DNA of 63,933 nt, filler included, from Chrysochromulina tobinii (taxonomy: Eukaryota): the NCBI GenBank assembly GCA_001275005.1. It is 6 parts of 6 records of this genome, joined end to end, with 100 filler letters (N's around TTAATTAATTAA, not from the genome) between each part and the next. Parts side by side here need not be neighbours in the genome. Positions count along the whole stretch, not along the records: positions 1 to 25,610 come from JWZX01000999.1; 5 more parts are not named here. One strand, written 5' to 3'. Shown here one piece after another: positions 11,470 through 23,846 of this stretch. Made by a program: the position numbers and the translations under genes. How positions within the stretch are numbered: the stretch's first letter is position 1; every line of letters begins with the position of its first letter. The notes below the pieces were generated by a model, which saw only the letters and a list, made by a program, of their open reading frames with translations, did not search any database and was not told the origin of the DNA.

Positions 11470-12621
11470 ATGAAATCCCGATGTACATATTCGCCATATT
11501 CCAACACGGCGCGTCGGACGCGACGCGGCACGGCTCGACTACACGCGGCACAAAGAGCGCGTGGCGTCCGCAACCAGAACTGGATCAGTTCTCGTATGTC
11601 GCTCGACGCACAGTCGTCTTACGAGCTGTGCTTCGACCGCTCCGCCGCGTCGGTGGCTCATTACGTACACTCCGTGTATGGAGTGACGAGCCCGGCCGTC
11701 ATCGAAGGCTTCAATTTTAGTGCTCTCACAGTGCTCTATTCTCCATTCCTGAGGCCTACAAGCGCCACGTTGACCAGTGTGAACGTCACACAGTGCCTGC
11801 TCCAATCAGAGCGCGTGTACAAACGGATTTTCATGAACGTGTTCTGGGTGAACTATCGCAGCCACGCAAGCATGGGCCTCGTTCCCTATGATGCTTTTAT
11901 CAATGCCGGAGGGCCGACCTATCAACTCAACGGCGTAAATGTCGTGCAGAGGTTGCCGTGTCGCGTTGCCAATTTTGGATGGATTGAAGTGTTGCATATG
12001 CCGAGCTGGTCCAATTCGAGACCGTACCAGGTCTCCTGGGGTAATCAATTCTGGATGTACGTTGTCAATGGGAGTGGGCTCTGGTACAATGCAGGGAGGA
12101 CGCTCTTGTGCGGGGACACGATGGACCTCGTCGAATACTTGAAATATACGAAGTACAGGAGGCGCGTGGGCGACACGAAGCCGCCGCTTTTCGAGGAGGC
12201 CATTCGCCGGCTGAATCACACTTTTGACAGCATCTCTTTTGACATGCACGTTGATGGCGCGTGCTGCCATCGGATGACGATGCACGAGATCTTCTCGCTC
12301 CATCGCTCAACCATGAGCTGTCCTGTGAACGACAGGTTGCGTCGCGGTCTCCCTCCTCACCTGCGCGCGTGCGACTGTGCGGAGGATGGTCGCTACGCCA
12401 CGTTGCCCTCGCCCCCGCGGACGTGCCCATCCGACAAGAAGCCGAAGGATTGGTGCGATAAGTGGGTGTCGCGGCTGCAGTCGACATGGAGACTCGAAGA
12501 GACGTGCAACGGATACGACCCGTCCTTTCGTGAATCATGCGCCGGAACGTGCTGTAGGAGGAGTCGGTCGCCTTTCGGACAACGCGTCGAGAATGTGCGC
12601 AATCTGCAACCCGTGTGTTAG
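11470..12621 (+). CDS. hypothetical Cys/Trp-rich protein with ShK-like C-terminal cysteines
   Basis: long ORF; WMYVVNGSGLWYNAGRT; C-terminal WC..TC..SCAGTCC. Confidence 0.6.
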   Translation: MKSRCTYSPYSNTARRTRRGTARLHAAQRARGVRNQNWISSRMSLDAQSSYELCFDRSAASVAHYVHSVYGVTSPAVIEGFNFSALTVLYSPFLRPTSATLTSVNVTQCLLQSERVYKRIFMNVFWVNYRSHASMGLVPYDAFINAGGPTYQLNGVNVVQRLPCRVANFGWIEVLHMPSWSNSRPYQVSWGNQFWMYVVNGSGLWYNAGRTLLCGDTMDLVEYLKYTKYRRRVGDTKPPLFEEAIRRLNHTFDSISFDMHVDGACCHRMTMHEIFSLHRSTMSCPVNDRLRRGLPPHLRACDCAEDGRYATLPSPPRTCPSDKKPKDWCDKWVSRLQSTWRLEETCNGYDPSFRESCAGTCCRRSRSPFGQRVENVRNLQPVC

Positions 12622-12844
12622 ATAAGTGTTAGAAGCTTTGAAGGGCGGCGAGATTCCCGAACGACGCGCGGCGGGGTGGTACGTTTCAAACAACCGAGTT
12701 GTCGGTCCTCGAAGATGTGACGAGCGCAATCCCGTTCGGTACTGTACTGAACAAACTAGAAGCCTCGAAAGCCTGCCCGCGACGAGCGCCGTGCCGGTGT
12801 CCTTCTGGCCCCCACACGATCCCACACGAACCACTCCCGAGGAA

Positions 12845-14701
12845 ATGGCAGCCGCGCAGAGGGCCCGGACGACGACGCCTATTGAGCAGTTTGCGCTGCT
12901 CTTGCACGAGCCTGGGGAGCAGGCCAATGACGCGCTGAGCGCCTTCCTCACGCGCCAACTTGACGGCATCGATGAGTCGTGCCAAGCCCAGTTGATGCTG
13001 CTCTGCACATGGCTCATGCAACTCTATCTGGAGCGGGGCAGCCTCGGCGAGCGCGCCCATGAGCAGACCCGAGCCGCCGAGTTCGCCAAATTCCTTGCCG
13101 ACCATGGGGAACGTCTGCACCACGCCACAACGTGCCGGCAGCTCGCGGCGCACGGGACCCTGAGCGAGCTGCTGCGTTACGCGGCGCTCCGAAAGGACTG
13201 GCAACGGCTCATTGCTCTTCATTTGCAGCAGCTGGACGTCAAGGCCGCCCTCCAGGTCGTCACCGAGCTCGTTGCTGCCACGGCCAAACAGCCCACACCC
13301 GACTGGTCCCTAGTACGTCTTCTCGAGACACACAGCGCCGAGTTCGCGCGCTGCGACCAGGCGGCGACGATTGGCCTTTGGCATCGCGTGGTGGGCCTCG
13401 ACCCGATGCAGCTGGTGCCCGCCATCCTGAGCTGTGGAAACGACGAGGCCGGCCGCGAGGCGAAGCGCAACGGCATCCGCTACTTCTCCTCGCTCAGTGG
13501 CAAGGATGGCGATTCCCCCGCACTGCATAACGCCCTGGCGTTGCTCCATGCGCAGAGCTCGAGCGACGCGGAGCTGCGCGAGTTCCTGGCGAACGATCGG
13601 CTCTACGAGCGCGACTACGCGCTCGCCGTCTGCCGCGAGAGCGCCCGTCACGACGCGTGCATCCTGCTGCTGCAGCGCGCGGGCAGCCTCGCCGAGGCCT
13701 CCCACTACGCGGCGCAGCACGGGCTGCCCGACACGGCGCGGCGGATCATCGAGCAGGGGCCGTTGGACGATGTGCTGCGCCGGCGTCTCACACTGCAACT
13801 CCTCGGCCCTCCCGTAAGACTGCGGCTCGGCGCGATCTCCGCCGACGAGATCGCGGTGCACACCGCCCTCGACGTCGACGCGGAGCCGGCGCCCACGACG
13901 GCGCCGCCCCCCACCCTGTCGGTGCACGATTGCATGCGGATGCTAGCCGAGGACTCGGGCATCGCGCAGAGTGACGGGAGTGCTCTGCTGCGACTCGAAG
14001 ATGTCTTGCCGCTGCTCGACGAGTATATAGTGGTGAGGAGCGCCCCCACTGATTGCCACTGATTGCCACTGATTGCCTCTGATTGCCTCTGATTGCCGCT
14101 GCTCGACGAGTATATAGTGGCCAGGAGCGCCCCCACCGATTGCGTCTCATATTGACGGAGCTCTTGTGCGAGTCCCCACTGATTGCGTCTCTCATTGCGT
14201 CTCTCATTGCGTCCCTCATCAGGTGAGCGACTTGAAGGAGCTAGTGTGCGAGTCTCTCGCGGTGCATGCGGCCTCGTGTGCCGAGCTGCGCAAGGTGGGA
14301 TGGCCTCCGATGACCCCTTCTGATGGCCTCTGATGACCTCTGATGACCTCTGATCGCCCCTTCTGATGGCCTCTGATGATATCTGGTCGCTACTGAGTAC
14401 CTCTGATGGCCTCTGATGACCTCTGAATTGCTTCCTTCATCAGGTGCTCGACGCGTGTATTGGGCGCGCGAGCCTACTGAGCTCCGAGCTAGCGACGCTG
14501 CAGGAAGCTCCCCCGCCTGAGGCGAGCTCCACGGGCACCTTCTGCGCCCGGTCCGGCGCGCCTGCCGACTACATCTTTCCTTGTGGGCATGCGTTCCACG
14601 AGCGCTTCCTCTCAAGCTGGGCTGCATGCCCTCTTTGTGGGCTAGAGGTGGTGGAGAGCGTCACGAAGCCCTTCATTGAGGACGACTTTGACAGCTTCTG
14701 A
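12845..14701 (+). CDS. VPS18: VPS18/PEP3-like protein, apparently lacking the N-terminal propeller; exons 12845-14032, 14223-14294, 14444-14701
   Basis: LCTWLMQLYL, clathrin-repeat-like helices (YERDYALAVC), LRLEDVLPLL and RING-like FPCGHAFH..CPLCG..SVTKPFI. Confidence 0.8.
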
Positions 14702-15883
14702 ACGCCGTCGCCCGTCGGGGACGTGGGGTTGGGGGTGATACCCGGGAGTCGGGTAGAGGCGAGGGGGGTGACTCCACGGTGGGCCCGGGCCCGCCGACGT
14801 CTATGCGCGTCACTGTGCAGCTTTCCACGACGTGTCTATGCGCGTCACTGTACAGCTTTCCCCGACGTGAGCGAGAAGTGGCAGCTAGAGCTACAGAGAG
14901 TGCTGACGGATTCCTCTTCTCGCCATTTCTCGCTGAGTGACGAGATTGACGGATCCCTACCGCAGACTCGGGCCGCGTGCCGTGTCGGTCGGCCGCGGTA
15001 CGTTCGCGCGATCGCGCTCGCGCTTCGCGGTTTGCGCGCCGTGCTGGTATCGTCAGCCGGGCTAGAAAGAGACGAAACTCGGCGCCTGACCGCCTGTGCA
15101 CTTAATGACGGTGTAGAGTGGACCGCGATTTCCCGGACCTACTGAGGGCTACTGGGTCTGCTCTTTAAGTCTGCTCTCTCGAGACTCATCCAGAATCGTC
15201 CGCGATCCGAGCATCGACGATCCCGCCGCGACGTGATCGCCGCTTGCGAATTTGCGGATCGCGCCCAATTGATCGCGCCGTGAATTGTTCAACCTCAGGC
15301 ACCGCAAGCCGTCAGTGTCAGCAGCCCCCCGAACAAAATCAATATCGCAAAGGTCTTCTCGTGTGTTCACATGAACGACCCCATGAACGACCCTCATAAC
15401 ATGATCACCAGCGAAGAACTCGCGCCCTCTATCTCGCGCCCTCTATCGCGCTCCGTGTTCCGTCGCTCTTCGGGCTCAACGTGCGTCGGTGCGATCGCTG
15501 CTCGCGCACACCGTGCCGCCTTTGCACACGGAATCGATCGAGACTGTTGGTTTTTCCGCAGTCGCGCGCCGCCAACCAGTCCGCCTCCTTCCTCTTTCCA
15601 CTCCCGGGCGCGCTTTACTGCCACGTGACTGCCCAATCCTGAGACCTTGAGCTGGGCTGCTTCTCTCGAGGGCATGCGACTCTCCGTTTGCGATGAGAGC
15701 TTCGGAGCCACACGCCGCACGCGAGTCCCCTCATCCTTGCGGCACGCTGTAGGCTGTGCATGTCTACGCCGAGACACGCCAAACGCCCTTCAAGCTTGCA
15801 GCCGCCTTGTGGCCCCATATCTCCGTGCTGCCGAATGCACGCATGCAGCCTATAAGCCTCTCTTCTTCTCTCTTGTTCGCAGG

Positions 15884-17340
15884 ATGATTGCGACGCTCAT
15901 CAACTGTGTAGCGGAGAAGGCCAGCGCCCACAGCAAAGAAGTCTTATCGGTCACATTTTCCCCGGACGGGACCAAGATTGTCTCTGGATCGTACGACGCG
16001 ACGATCAAAGTCTGGGATTCAGGTGCGCCGCGAGCTCTCAAAATCGCCCCTCCTCGGCCAAAACTAACGCCTGTTGGCTTGTCTGGCAGACAACCTGGAG
16101 ATGCTGCGCGAGAAGACGAACGCCCACCACCTACCAATCGCGTCGGTGGCGTTTTCCCCGGACGGGACCAAGATCGTGTCTGGATCAGTTGACGCGACGA
16201 TCAAAGTCTGGGATTCGAGTGTGCCGAAGCCCTCAAAATCGCCCCTCCTTGGCCAAAACTGACGCCTGCTGGCTTGTCTGACAGGCAAACTGGAGATGCT
16301 GAGCAAGAAGAAGTTTGCCCACAGCAGGGACATCAATTCGGTCGCGTTTTCCCCGGACGGGACCAAGATTGTGTCCGGATCGGACGACAAGACGATCAAA
16401 GTCTGGGATTCGGGTGCGCCGCGAGCTCAAAATCGCCCCTCCTCGGCCAAAACTAACGCTTGCTCGCTTGCCTGGCAGACAAGCTGGAGATGTTGAGCGA
16501 GAAGACCAACGCCCACAGCAAATTGGTCATGTCGGTGGCGTTTTCCCCGGACGGGACCAAGATTGTCTCTGGATCGTACGACGCGACGATCAAAGTCTGG
16601 GATTCGGGTGCGCCGCGAGCTCAAAATCGCCCCTCCTCGGCCAAAACTGACGCCTGCTGGCTTGTCTGGCAGACGCGCTGGGGCTGCTGAGCGAGAAGAC
16701 CAACGCCCACAGCAAATTGGTCATGTCGGTGGCGTTTTCCCCAGACGGGACCAAGATTGTCTCTGGATCGAACGACGCGACGATCAAAGTCTGGGATTCG
16801 GGTGCGCCGGAGCCCTCAACAATCGTCCCTCCTCGGCCAAAACTGACGCCTGCTGGCTTGCCTTGCAGACAAACTGGAGCAGTTGAGCAAGAAAACGAAC
16901 GCCCACAGCGACGCCATCACATCGGTCGCGTTTTCCCCGGACGGGACCAAGATTGTGTCCGGATCGGGCGACGCGACGATCAAAGTTTGGGATTCGGGTG
17001 CGCCGCGAGCTCAAAATCGCCCCTCCTCGGCCAAAACTGACGCCTGCTGGCTTCTCTGGCAGGCAACCTGGAGCTGCTGAGCGAGAAGATCAACGCGCAC
17101 AGCGACTGGATCAACTCGGTGGCGTTTTCGCCTGATGGGACCAAGATCGTCTCGGGATCAAAAGACAAGACGATCAAAGTCTGGGATATCGTCAACTGGT
17201 CTCGCAAAGATCACTTAATGTTCAACGTTACTACCCAGCAATTTGTCTTGTTGGTGCTGTGGCTGAACAAATACAGCATGAAGTTTCCTGATGATGTGCT
17301 TGATCTGCTTATCGAGGCTTGCCTGCGCAAAGCCGGGTGA
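15884..17340 (+). CDS. seven-repeat WD40 protein, one repeat per exon; exons 15884-16022, 16090-16218, 16285-16413, 16479-16607, 16673-16801, 16869-16997, 17063-17340
   Basis: [31 protein letters not shown] seven times; 129-nt phase-1 internal exons separated by near-identical 65-67 nt GT-AG introns; an acceptor at 15881-15882 suggests an upstream exon. Confidence 0.9.
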
Positions 17341-17743
17341 GGCGGGGGTGACGGCGGCATGCGGCAACCGCGGGTGTCGCCATCTACCACGCACACTCCA
17401 GTGCCCCCAAACCCGGCCGCCGAGCCCCTCGCGGTATCGTGTTTCCGCGCAATTCCTTCTTGTGGTATGAATATATATTTTTACATGATGAAAAACGTCC
17501 AGTGCGGGCCGTTTCCACGTTCGCCCGATGTCACAGTTTCGCGACAGGGACACGCCACCTAGACCTACACCGTACACGGCACTTTACAACGTCTCGACCG
17601 CTCGCACGTAGCGCACGGCACTCGCAAGTGCCAAAGGTCGCGCACGGAACGGACAGGCAATACTCAGAGCCACACTGGCCCATGTGTCGCACTTTCTTCT
17701 GACCTTCGAGGTACTCGTTGTCGCGATGGGCCTCGCCTCCCTG

Positions 17744-19327
17744 CTACCCGAAGAGCATCGTCCATCCAAACGCGAAGCGCTTGGGCTGCCCGTAGTGTGG
17801 CGTGCCGCTATACGCCTCCGTCCACTCGAAGACGGGCTGCTGGTCGTGTGTGGGCCCGCTCACGCCCTCGAAGCGAACGGCCTTCACATCCTCGAACCCC
17901 ACCATCTTGGCGTCGATGTTGCCGTCGGCGCAACACGGGAGACCACCTTCCTGCAGGTCGGAGCGCGATGCGATCGAGGTGCCGGGGTCGTTGAGCGCGT
18001 ACGGGTCGTGTTGCCAGTCGTTGTAGCGCATGATCGCCTTCATCGCCCCGCGATCGTGCACCGCGCCCGCATCGCGCCGGAAGATCTTGGCACGCGAGTA
18101 CAGTTGGTACGTGTACTGGTCGCCAAACTTGTCGGCCATCATCGCCTGGCCCGAGCGCGCATACACCTCGGGGAAAAAGGGGCAGTTGTAGCTCGGCCAG
18201 TGGCCGTTGACCAAGTGGGCGGTTACGTCGGCGGCCTGCGTGTAGAGTGGCAGCTGCTCCACGACCCACAGCACGTTGGCAGGCAGCACCTTACCCGGCG
18301 AGAAGAGGTTGTAGTCGACCACCATCCACTGGTTGTTGATCGTGCCGCTGTTCATGTACACAAAGTTCTTGACCCACGTCTCGCCGCCGGTCGCCAGCCG
18401 GTTCGCCACGAGGCTCCGCGCCCACGTGAGGACCGCCTGAGGCACGATGGCGAGCGCGAGGGTGTCGTTGTACAGCGCGTTCGTCGTCTCCTGCACGACG
18501 AGGCCCGACGAAAGCACGCTGAAGTCGTCGGTCGAGCTCAGCGTCCCAAAGTAGCCCGAGGTCACAAACGAGGCGGCGAGAGCCTTTTTGTACGGCAGGG
18601 TGTACCTTTTGGCGACGCGAAGCATCATGTAGTAGGCGGTCCACGTGTTGTGCGATGTGAGCAGATCGGAGAAGTCCGGCAGGATCTTGACGAGCGCGGA
18701 GCAGTGGGTGGAGCGGCGCGTGTACGCCGCTGCGCGCTCCGGCGTCCACTCGTGCTCGAGGAAGGGTTTATGGATGACAGACGAGAGGTCCACCACCGCG
18801 TTGAGCAGCAAGAAATCGAGACGCGTGAGCGCCGTGATGTCTGCACCCTGCACGTACGCGGCGTGGCCGGCGATGAGGCCATCGAGCTGCGCCCAGATCA
18901 GCGAAAGCTGATTCCACCACTCAGACTGCTCATCTCCTCCCGGCGGCGCTTTGAGTTGCTCGAGCACCCACTCATCGTTGGCCAGCACGAACTGCGTCGC
19001 GGCATCATAGGACTTGCTGTCGTTTGCAAAGGTCGCTTCCATGAACGTGTGGTGGTGTTGGGACGTCCTCTCCCACGTGAGGGCACTCTCCGCGAAACCA
19101 GCCGCAAACGCTTGATCATCGTCATTCTCGTCCGCATTCGTGGTGACGTCGAGCGTGCCCCAGCCAATTGCCTCGACGGTCTCATTGTAGGAAGCTTTTG
19201 CTGTCCAGTCGGCGCCCGGATCTGTGACCGTCGTGCACGTCTTCCGAAACGCGGAACAGTGTACCACAATCGAGGATGCCGCAGCAAAGGGCAGAGCGAG
19301 GTGGAGCTGGAGGACTTTTGCCAGCAT
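17744..19327 (-). CDS. phospholipase B-like (PLBD/laminin A-like Ntn hydrolase)
   Basis: signal peptide; HCSALVK autocatalytic site, SHNTW, NSGTINNQW, HWPSYN, MRYNDW, GPTHD. Confidence 0.93.
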   Translation of the reverse strand: MLAKVLQLHLALPFAAASSIVVHCSAFRKTCTTVTDPGADWTAKASYNETVEAIGWGTLDVTTNADENDDDQAFAAGFAESALTWERTSQHHHTFMEATFANDSKSYDAATQFVLANDEWVLEQLKAPPGGDEQSEWWNQLSLIWAQLDGLIAGHAAYVQGADITALTRLDFLLLNAVVDLSSVIHKPFLEHEWTPERAAAYTRRSTHCSALVKILPDFSDLLTSHNTWTAYYMMLRVAKRYTLPYKKALAASFVTSGYFGTLSSTDDFSVLSSGLVVQETTNALYNDTLALAIVPQAVLTWARSLVANRLATGGETWVKNFVYMNSGTINNQWMVVDYNLFSPGKVLPANVLWVVEQLPLYTQAADVTAHLVNGHWPSYNCPFFPEVYARSGQAMMADKFGDQYTYQLYSRAKIFRRDAGAVHDRGAMKAIMRYNDWQHDPYALNDPGTSIASRSDLQEGGLPCCADGNIDAKMVGFEDVKAVRFEGVSGPTHDQQPVFEWTEAYSGTPHYGQPKRFAFGWTMLFG

Positions 19328-19616
19328 GGAAGTCTGAATGCTTGTGAATGCAACTGTGAGGTCTAGGTCTAGCTATGCATTTCAAACATCGGTACAAAAA
19401 AGCACCCTTCACTGACAATGTCGTTGTATGTTGTTCTCTGCTCTGCCAATTGTTGTGTAGATGTCTGTGCGCCATGTGTAACCAGGGGTCGAAGGTGACG
19501 TCGCCGCCAGATCCTCACCGCCGCTGCCGGCCTGCCGCTGCAAGGTGCAAGGCGCCTGCTCGGCCCACGCTTCGGAGAGCGGACCCAAGGGGCTCGTCAA
19601 TCGTGGGTTCGTCAGC

Positions 19617-21563
19617 TCACGCTTCGGAGAGCGGACCCATGGTGGGCGGGGGTAGCTCCGCGAGGAGTGGAGCGGTATCGGGTGCCTCGGGCGCCGCCTC
19701 TCTCTCCTCCTCGTCCCCGTCCCCCTTGTCACTCCAGTCGCCATCGTAGGGGTTGTGTACCGACAGCCGGCGAGCTGCGAAGTCCGCAGTTGTCGGCGTG
19801 CCGGCTGGATCGCCCTCCTGCCCCTCATCACCTGTGCCGCCTTCGATCAGACCCTGCTTGCCCGCGTTGACGAGCACGTGACCTGACGAACCTGCCATTG
19901 ACGAGCCCACGTTGATGAGCACGTGGGCTGACTGGGCATCCCCCTCCTCTGTCTCAGCGGTCTTCTCGGGCTCAATTGGCTCCTCATCATCCGTCAATCC
20001 CTGCTCGAGGAACGGCAAGAACGTGATAATGGCGGTAATGTCGTCGCGGTAGGTGCCCTCGAAGCGCTTCCATCGCGCCGCTGCCTCATGAACGAGCTGT
20101 GAGCAGCCGACCGGAGGTCATCATGAGATCATCATGAGGTCATCATGAGGTCATTATGCGATCATTATGAGGTCATCATGAGGTCATTATGAAGTCATAT
20201 CATCACCTGCGAACACGCCTCCGTCGCACTCGTGTACTTCTCGACGATGCGGCATGCCTCATCCGACTCCGTGAATTCCCACACGCCGTCGGAGGCGACG
20301 ATGATGAACAGATCGCCATCTCCCCCCTTCACCTCCGGCGGCCTACGTACCGCATGCATCACGTCATCAGCGCTCATGAGGCCATCACGGAGAGAATCGG
20401 CGGTCATCAGCGCGAATCTCAGCACCGCATGCGTCATCAGCGGTCATCAGCGGTCATCAGCGGTCATCAGCGGTCATCAGCGGTCATCAGCGGTCATCAG
20501 CGGTCATCAGGGGTCCTCGGCGCGCACCTGAGCACCACATGCGTCACGTCCGGGTCAGCGATCACGCCCACGTTCTTGACCTCCCCGTCGCCGATCGATC
20601 GTGACATCGCGAGCCCGATGCGGCCGTGCGCCCAAACTCGGGCCGGCCGCCCGCCGCTGCGCTCAGAGACGGTACCGCCACGCGCCTCAATGCGAGCCCG
20701 CTCCTCCGGTAAGTCGGGCTTGTGGTCGTGGCAGAGGTCCTGCGCCACGAGCAGCATCGTCGGCCATCAGAGGGGCCCTCGGAGAGGTCATCAGTGGTCA
20801 TCAGTGGTCATCAGATGACGGAGGCCATCAGCGAGCGGCGCACCATCGCGATGATCTGTCCGCCCACGCGCCGCCCGAGGACGGCACGCGAGTCGCCCGC
20901 ACACGCCGTCCAGCAGTCGGCGCCGTTCAGGTACAGCACCGTAGAGGTCGTGCCGCACGTCATCGCCGTCTTTCCTAATTCGGACGCGAAGAGCGACTCG
21001 TCAGCCTTGACGCAAGCGCGGCGCAGCGCCTCGATCGGATCCGAGCGGAGCGACAGGCGCCCCTCGTCGTTCTCGAGGAACGCAGGGATGTGATGCATAC
21101 AGAACTCGGACGCCTTCTCACCCTTGGAGCCGTGCCCGTCGAAGACGCACAGCAAAGCCTGGTTGAAGCTTCCGTTGAAGGGCCAGCACACGACGCCTCG
21201 GTCCTGATTGATCTTGGCGGTGGTGAAGCCGCGCTGCCCGGGCATCAGGCCGTGGCGCGTATGCGTGCCGATGCGATGGCCGTGGTGAGATGGCCGTGAT
21301 GAGGATCGCCCCGACGAAGTGCGAAGCAGGCTCGAACCCGACATCTCTTTGGACTGGTATTTGACCGAGAGCCGCGAGTTGCGTGGCGGGGTTGTTGGGC
21401 CGGCTCGAAGGTCGGCAGCAATGTTGCTGCCCGGAAGCAGCCGCCCTAGGCTATCCGTCGAGCCCTCCGTATCAGAAGCCCTGCCGGCTGCCGACCTGGT
21501 GGACGAGCTGGCCGTCATCCCGCTCGGGCTAGCAACCAGCTCGTCCGCTTTCTTCGACTGCAT
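19617..21563 (-). CDS. PP2C/PPM protein phosphatase; introns 20740-20843, 20343-20527, 20097-20206
   Basis: KINQDR, VFDGHG, CGTTST, AGDSRAV, DHKPD, GLAMSRSIGD, ASDGVWE and DDITAII motifs are in frame after splicing. Confidence 0.92.
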
Positions 21564-22049
21564 GCATCCCACTGCGACAAGGAGCGAGGGCGGGGGGTGA
21601 GGGGTGCGTCCGTGCACGCGTGCCTTGGGCCCACGCGTGGTTCGACGCGTGGCGGGCTGCGCACTGGTGGCAAATGTGTGGCGACCGACCGCAAGAACTC
21701 GTCGCAGTGAAGAACGAGAGATGATGATGGATGGCAGGCAGACGAGAAGACGCCGCGACGGACAATTCAGTGGACGATATCGAAAGCAGGTTGAGAATCC
21801 GAGCGTCCCGACCAAACGTGTGCTGAGCCTTAGCTCCAAGAGTGTATGGACACCAACGACAGGAGCGCGCCGCTACGGGCGCACACGGCGGGGAGCCGCC
21901 AAAAAATTTATCGGAGACTCCGCGTAGGAAGAATGAGTACAGAACGTGATGAGTTACGGTTGAAGGTTGAGGAAACGGTTGAGGCGGTTGCAACAAGAAG
22001 ATGCAAAAGTTGATGCAAGAGCATTTTGCATCTATTCCCCTCGCTTCGC

Positions 22050-23033
22050 ATGCTCCCCTTCGTCATCTCGCTCCTGCCCGCTGTGAACCCAGGCCACGCG
22101 CGCAACATCACCGTATACCACGTCAACGAGCACAAGTTCGGCGCCATCCCATTGAATATGAACACAGCCGACGTCATCGGGGATCTCTTCTTTGATCTTC
22201 TCGAGGTGTTCATCGCGCCGCTCGCGTGCGCCAACCAGACGGGCCCGCCGAAACCAGGTCCCAACCCGTGTGCGAATCCGGAAGCCGTCGGCGCGGACCT
22301 GATGGTCAACAAGCTCACGCTTGAGATCGACGAGCGATACTCTGGCTATGCCGCGTGCAACGTGGGCATCAACGGCTCGGATCCCTTTGGCCATCCGTGC
22401 AAGTCGGACACATACTGCTGCTTTTGCCACGTGAACGGCTCGATGAAGGAGGATGCGCCGTGCAACGCGACGCTCGGCTACGAGAATGTGTACGAGCAGT
22501 TCGGCCAGTGGATCACGCCCGGAGGTTGCAAGCCAAGCCCGTTTCAGCCGCATCCGAGACCGTCCGATTGCTACGCGGCCGCTGCGTTCACCAAGCTCAA
22601 CGAGGTAAATCACGGCTCGTGGTACTCATCGCTCGACCTGGGCTACTGCGGCTCGCCTGGCTCGGCATGCACGTGGCGCGTCGTCTCCGTCGACAAGATT
22701 GTCCAGCGCTCATGCCACGCCACCGTCTTTGGCGCCGCCGTTCAGAAGAATGGCGACCCTGGGTGCCTCTTGGGCTGTGGAAGCCAAGCGACGAACGTCT
22801 CGTCGCCGTGCTACGTCGACTGCTTCTACAAGGCGGCGCTGGGGCCCGAGTCGGGCACTGTCGGCGGCGCCATCGCTGGCATGAGCCTCGATGAACTCCA
22901 AGCGGCGTGGCGACTCCCCTTCTCGCCGGAGAGTGAGGGCGGCTGCCCTGCCCAGCCCGAGTGGTCGCCCTGGTTTGAGCGGCGGCCGGCGGCGCCTGTC
23001 GGGGCGACCAACGAACCCGTTGCTCATGATTGA
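22050..23033 (+). CDS. secreted cysteine-rich hypothetical protein
   Basis: signal peptide MLPFVISLLPAV; many Cys; GSWYS motif. Confidence 0.75.
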   Translation: MLPFVISLLPAVNPGHARNITVYHVNEHKFGAIPLNMNTADVIGDLFFDLLEVFIAPLACANQTGPPKPGPNPCANPEAVGADLMVNKLTLEIDERYSGYAACNVGINGSDPFGHPCKSDTYCCFCHVNGSMKEDAPCNATLGYENVYEQFGQWITPGGCKPSPFQPHPRPSDCYAAAAFTKLNEVNHGSWYSSLDLGYCGSPGSACTWRVVSVDKIVQRSCHATVFGAAVQKNGDPGCLLGCGSQATNVSSPCYVDCFYKAALGPESGTVGGAIAGMSLDELQAAWRLPFSPESEGGCPAQPEWSPWFERRPAAPVGATNEPVAHD

Positions 23034-23846
23034 TGTCCTCGTATTACGTCTACGTCGGCTGACGCGAGGTGTGCCTGCGTGCGTCCAATGACTCGTTATA
23101 CAGCTGAGCGGCCGTAGAAGCGTAGTGGTAGTCCCGGTACGGCTTTCGTTATTATCGTTTATATATTTCTAACCCTAACCCTAACAATCTAGCCTCAAAT
23201 AACTTAACCGGCAGGGGCTTCGGCTTCGTAAACGGTATCCAGCTGAATCCTGAAAGTCCAACCGTGTGCTCCCTGCTCCGCCGTCGTCCGCTGTGCGCTG
23301 AACGCCTAGAGGCTACAGTCTGTAAGAGGCTAATACGCTGAACCGGAACCGCTCGGCCCGGGTCGCGGGTCGGGTGTACGCGCCTCCGTTAACGCCCGTC
23401 GACGGTGAAGCTCGCGCTCAAGTGCCGGGGGCCAATGGGTCCCGTGGAGTTAGTAAACACCTCTCCTCTCCTTCACGCCAAACAGCGTGCTGTGGGGAAG
23501 AAAAGGTGTTGACTCGACACACGACAGCCATGAATCTTGGTGCAAATCTTGGTACCGCCAATGTGTGGGTAGCTTGGTCAGCTACAATATACTTATATTC
23601 GATACTTATATGTGCTATGCCACTATACAAATCTCTCTCTGGTCCCATTCCAATCAAATTGCTCCCAATAAAAGGCGTTCACAGCCAATGGTTATAATCT
23701 CGACACCCAAGACACAGGACCGGCGTACAATGCAGATGCAGATCCACTAGCTCGGACTTGACTTGACTTGACTGACCCTGGACCCTCTTTCGCCTCTCGT
23801 TCACACCTCCAGGCTGCCAGGCTCCAGCGAGGGCGGTGTAGAGTGC

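Noticed and set aside
15884..17200. Regularly spaced repeats resembling a CRISPR array
   Set aside because: They are coding WD40 exons and GT-AG introns; there are no unique spacers and no cas genes.
17684..19366. 560-aa plus-strand ORF and similar long antisense ORFs (47699-48886, 49943-51253, 56032-57108)
   Set aside because: Shadow ORFs opposite recognisable genes, expected at high GC3.
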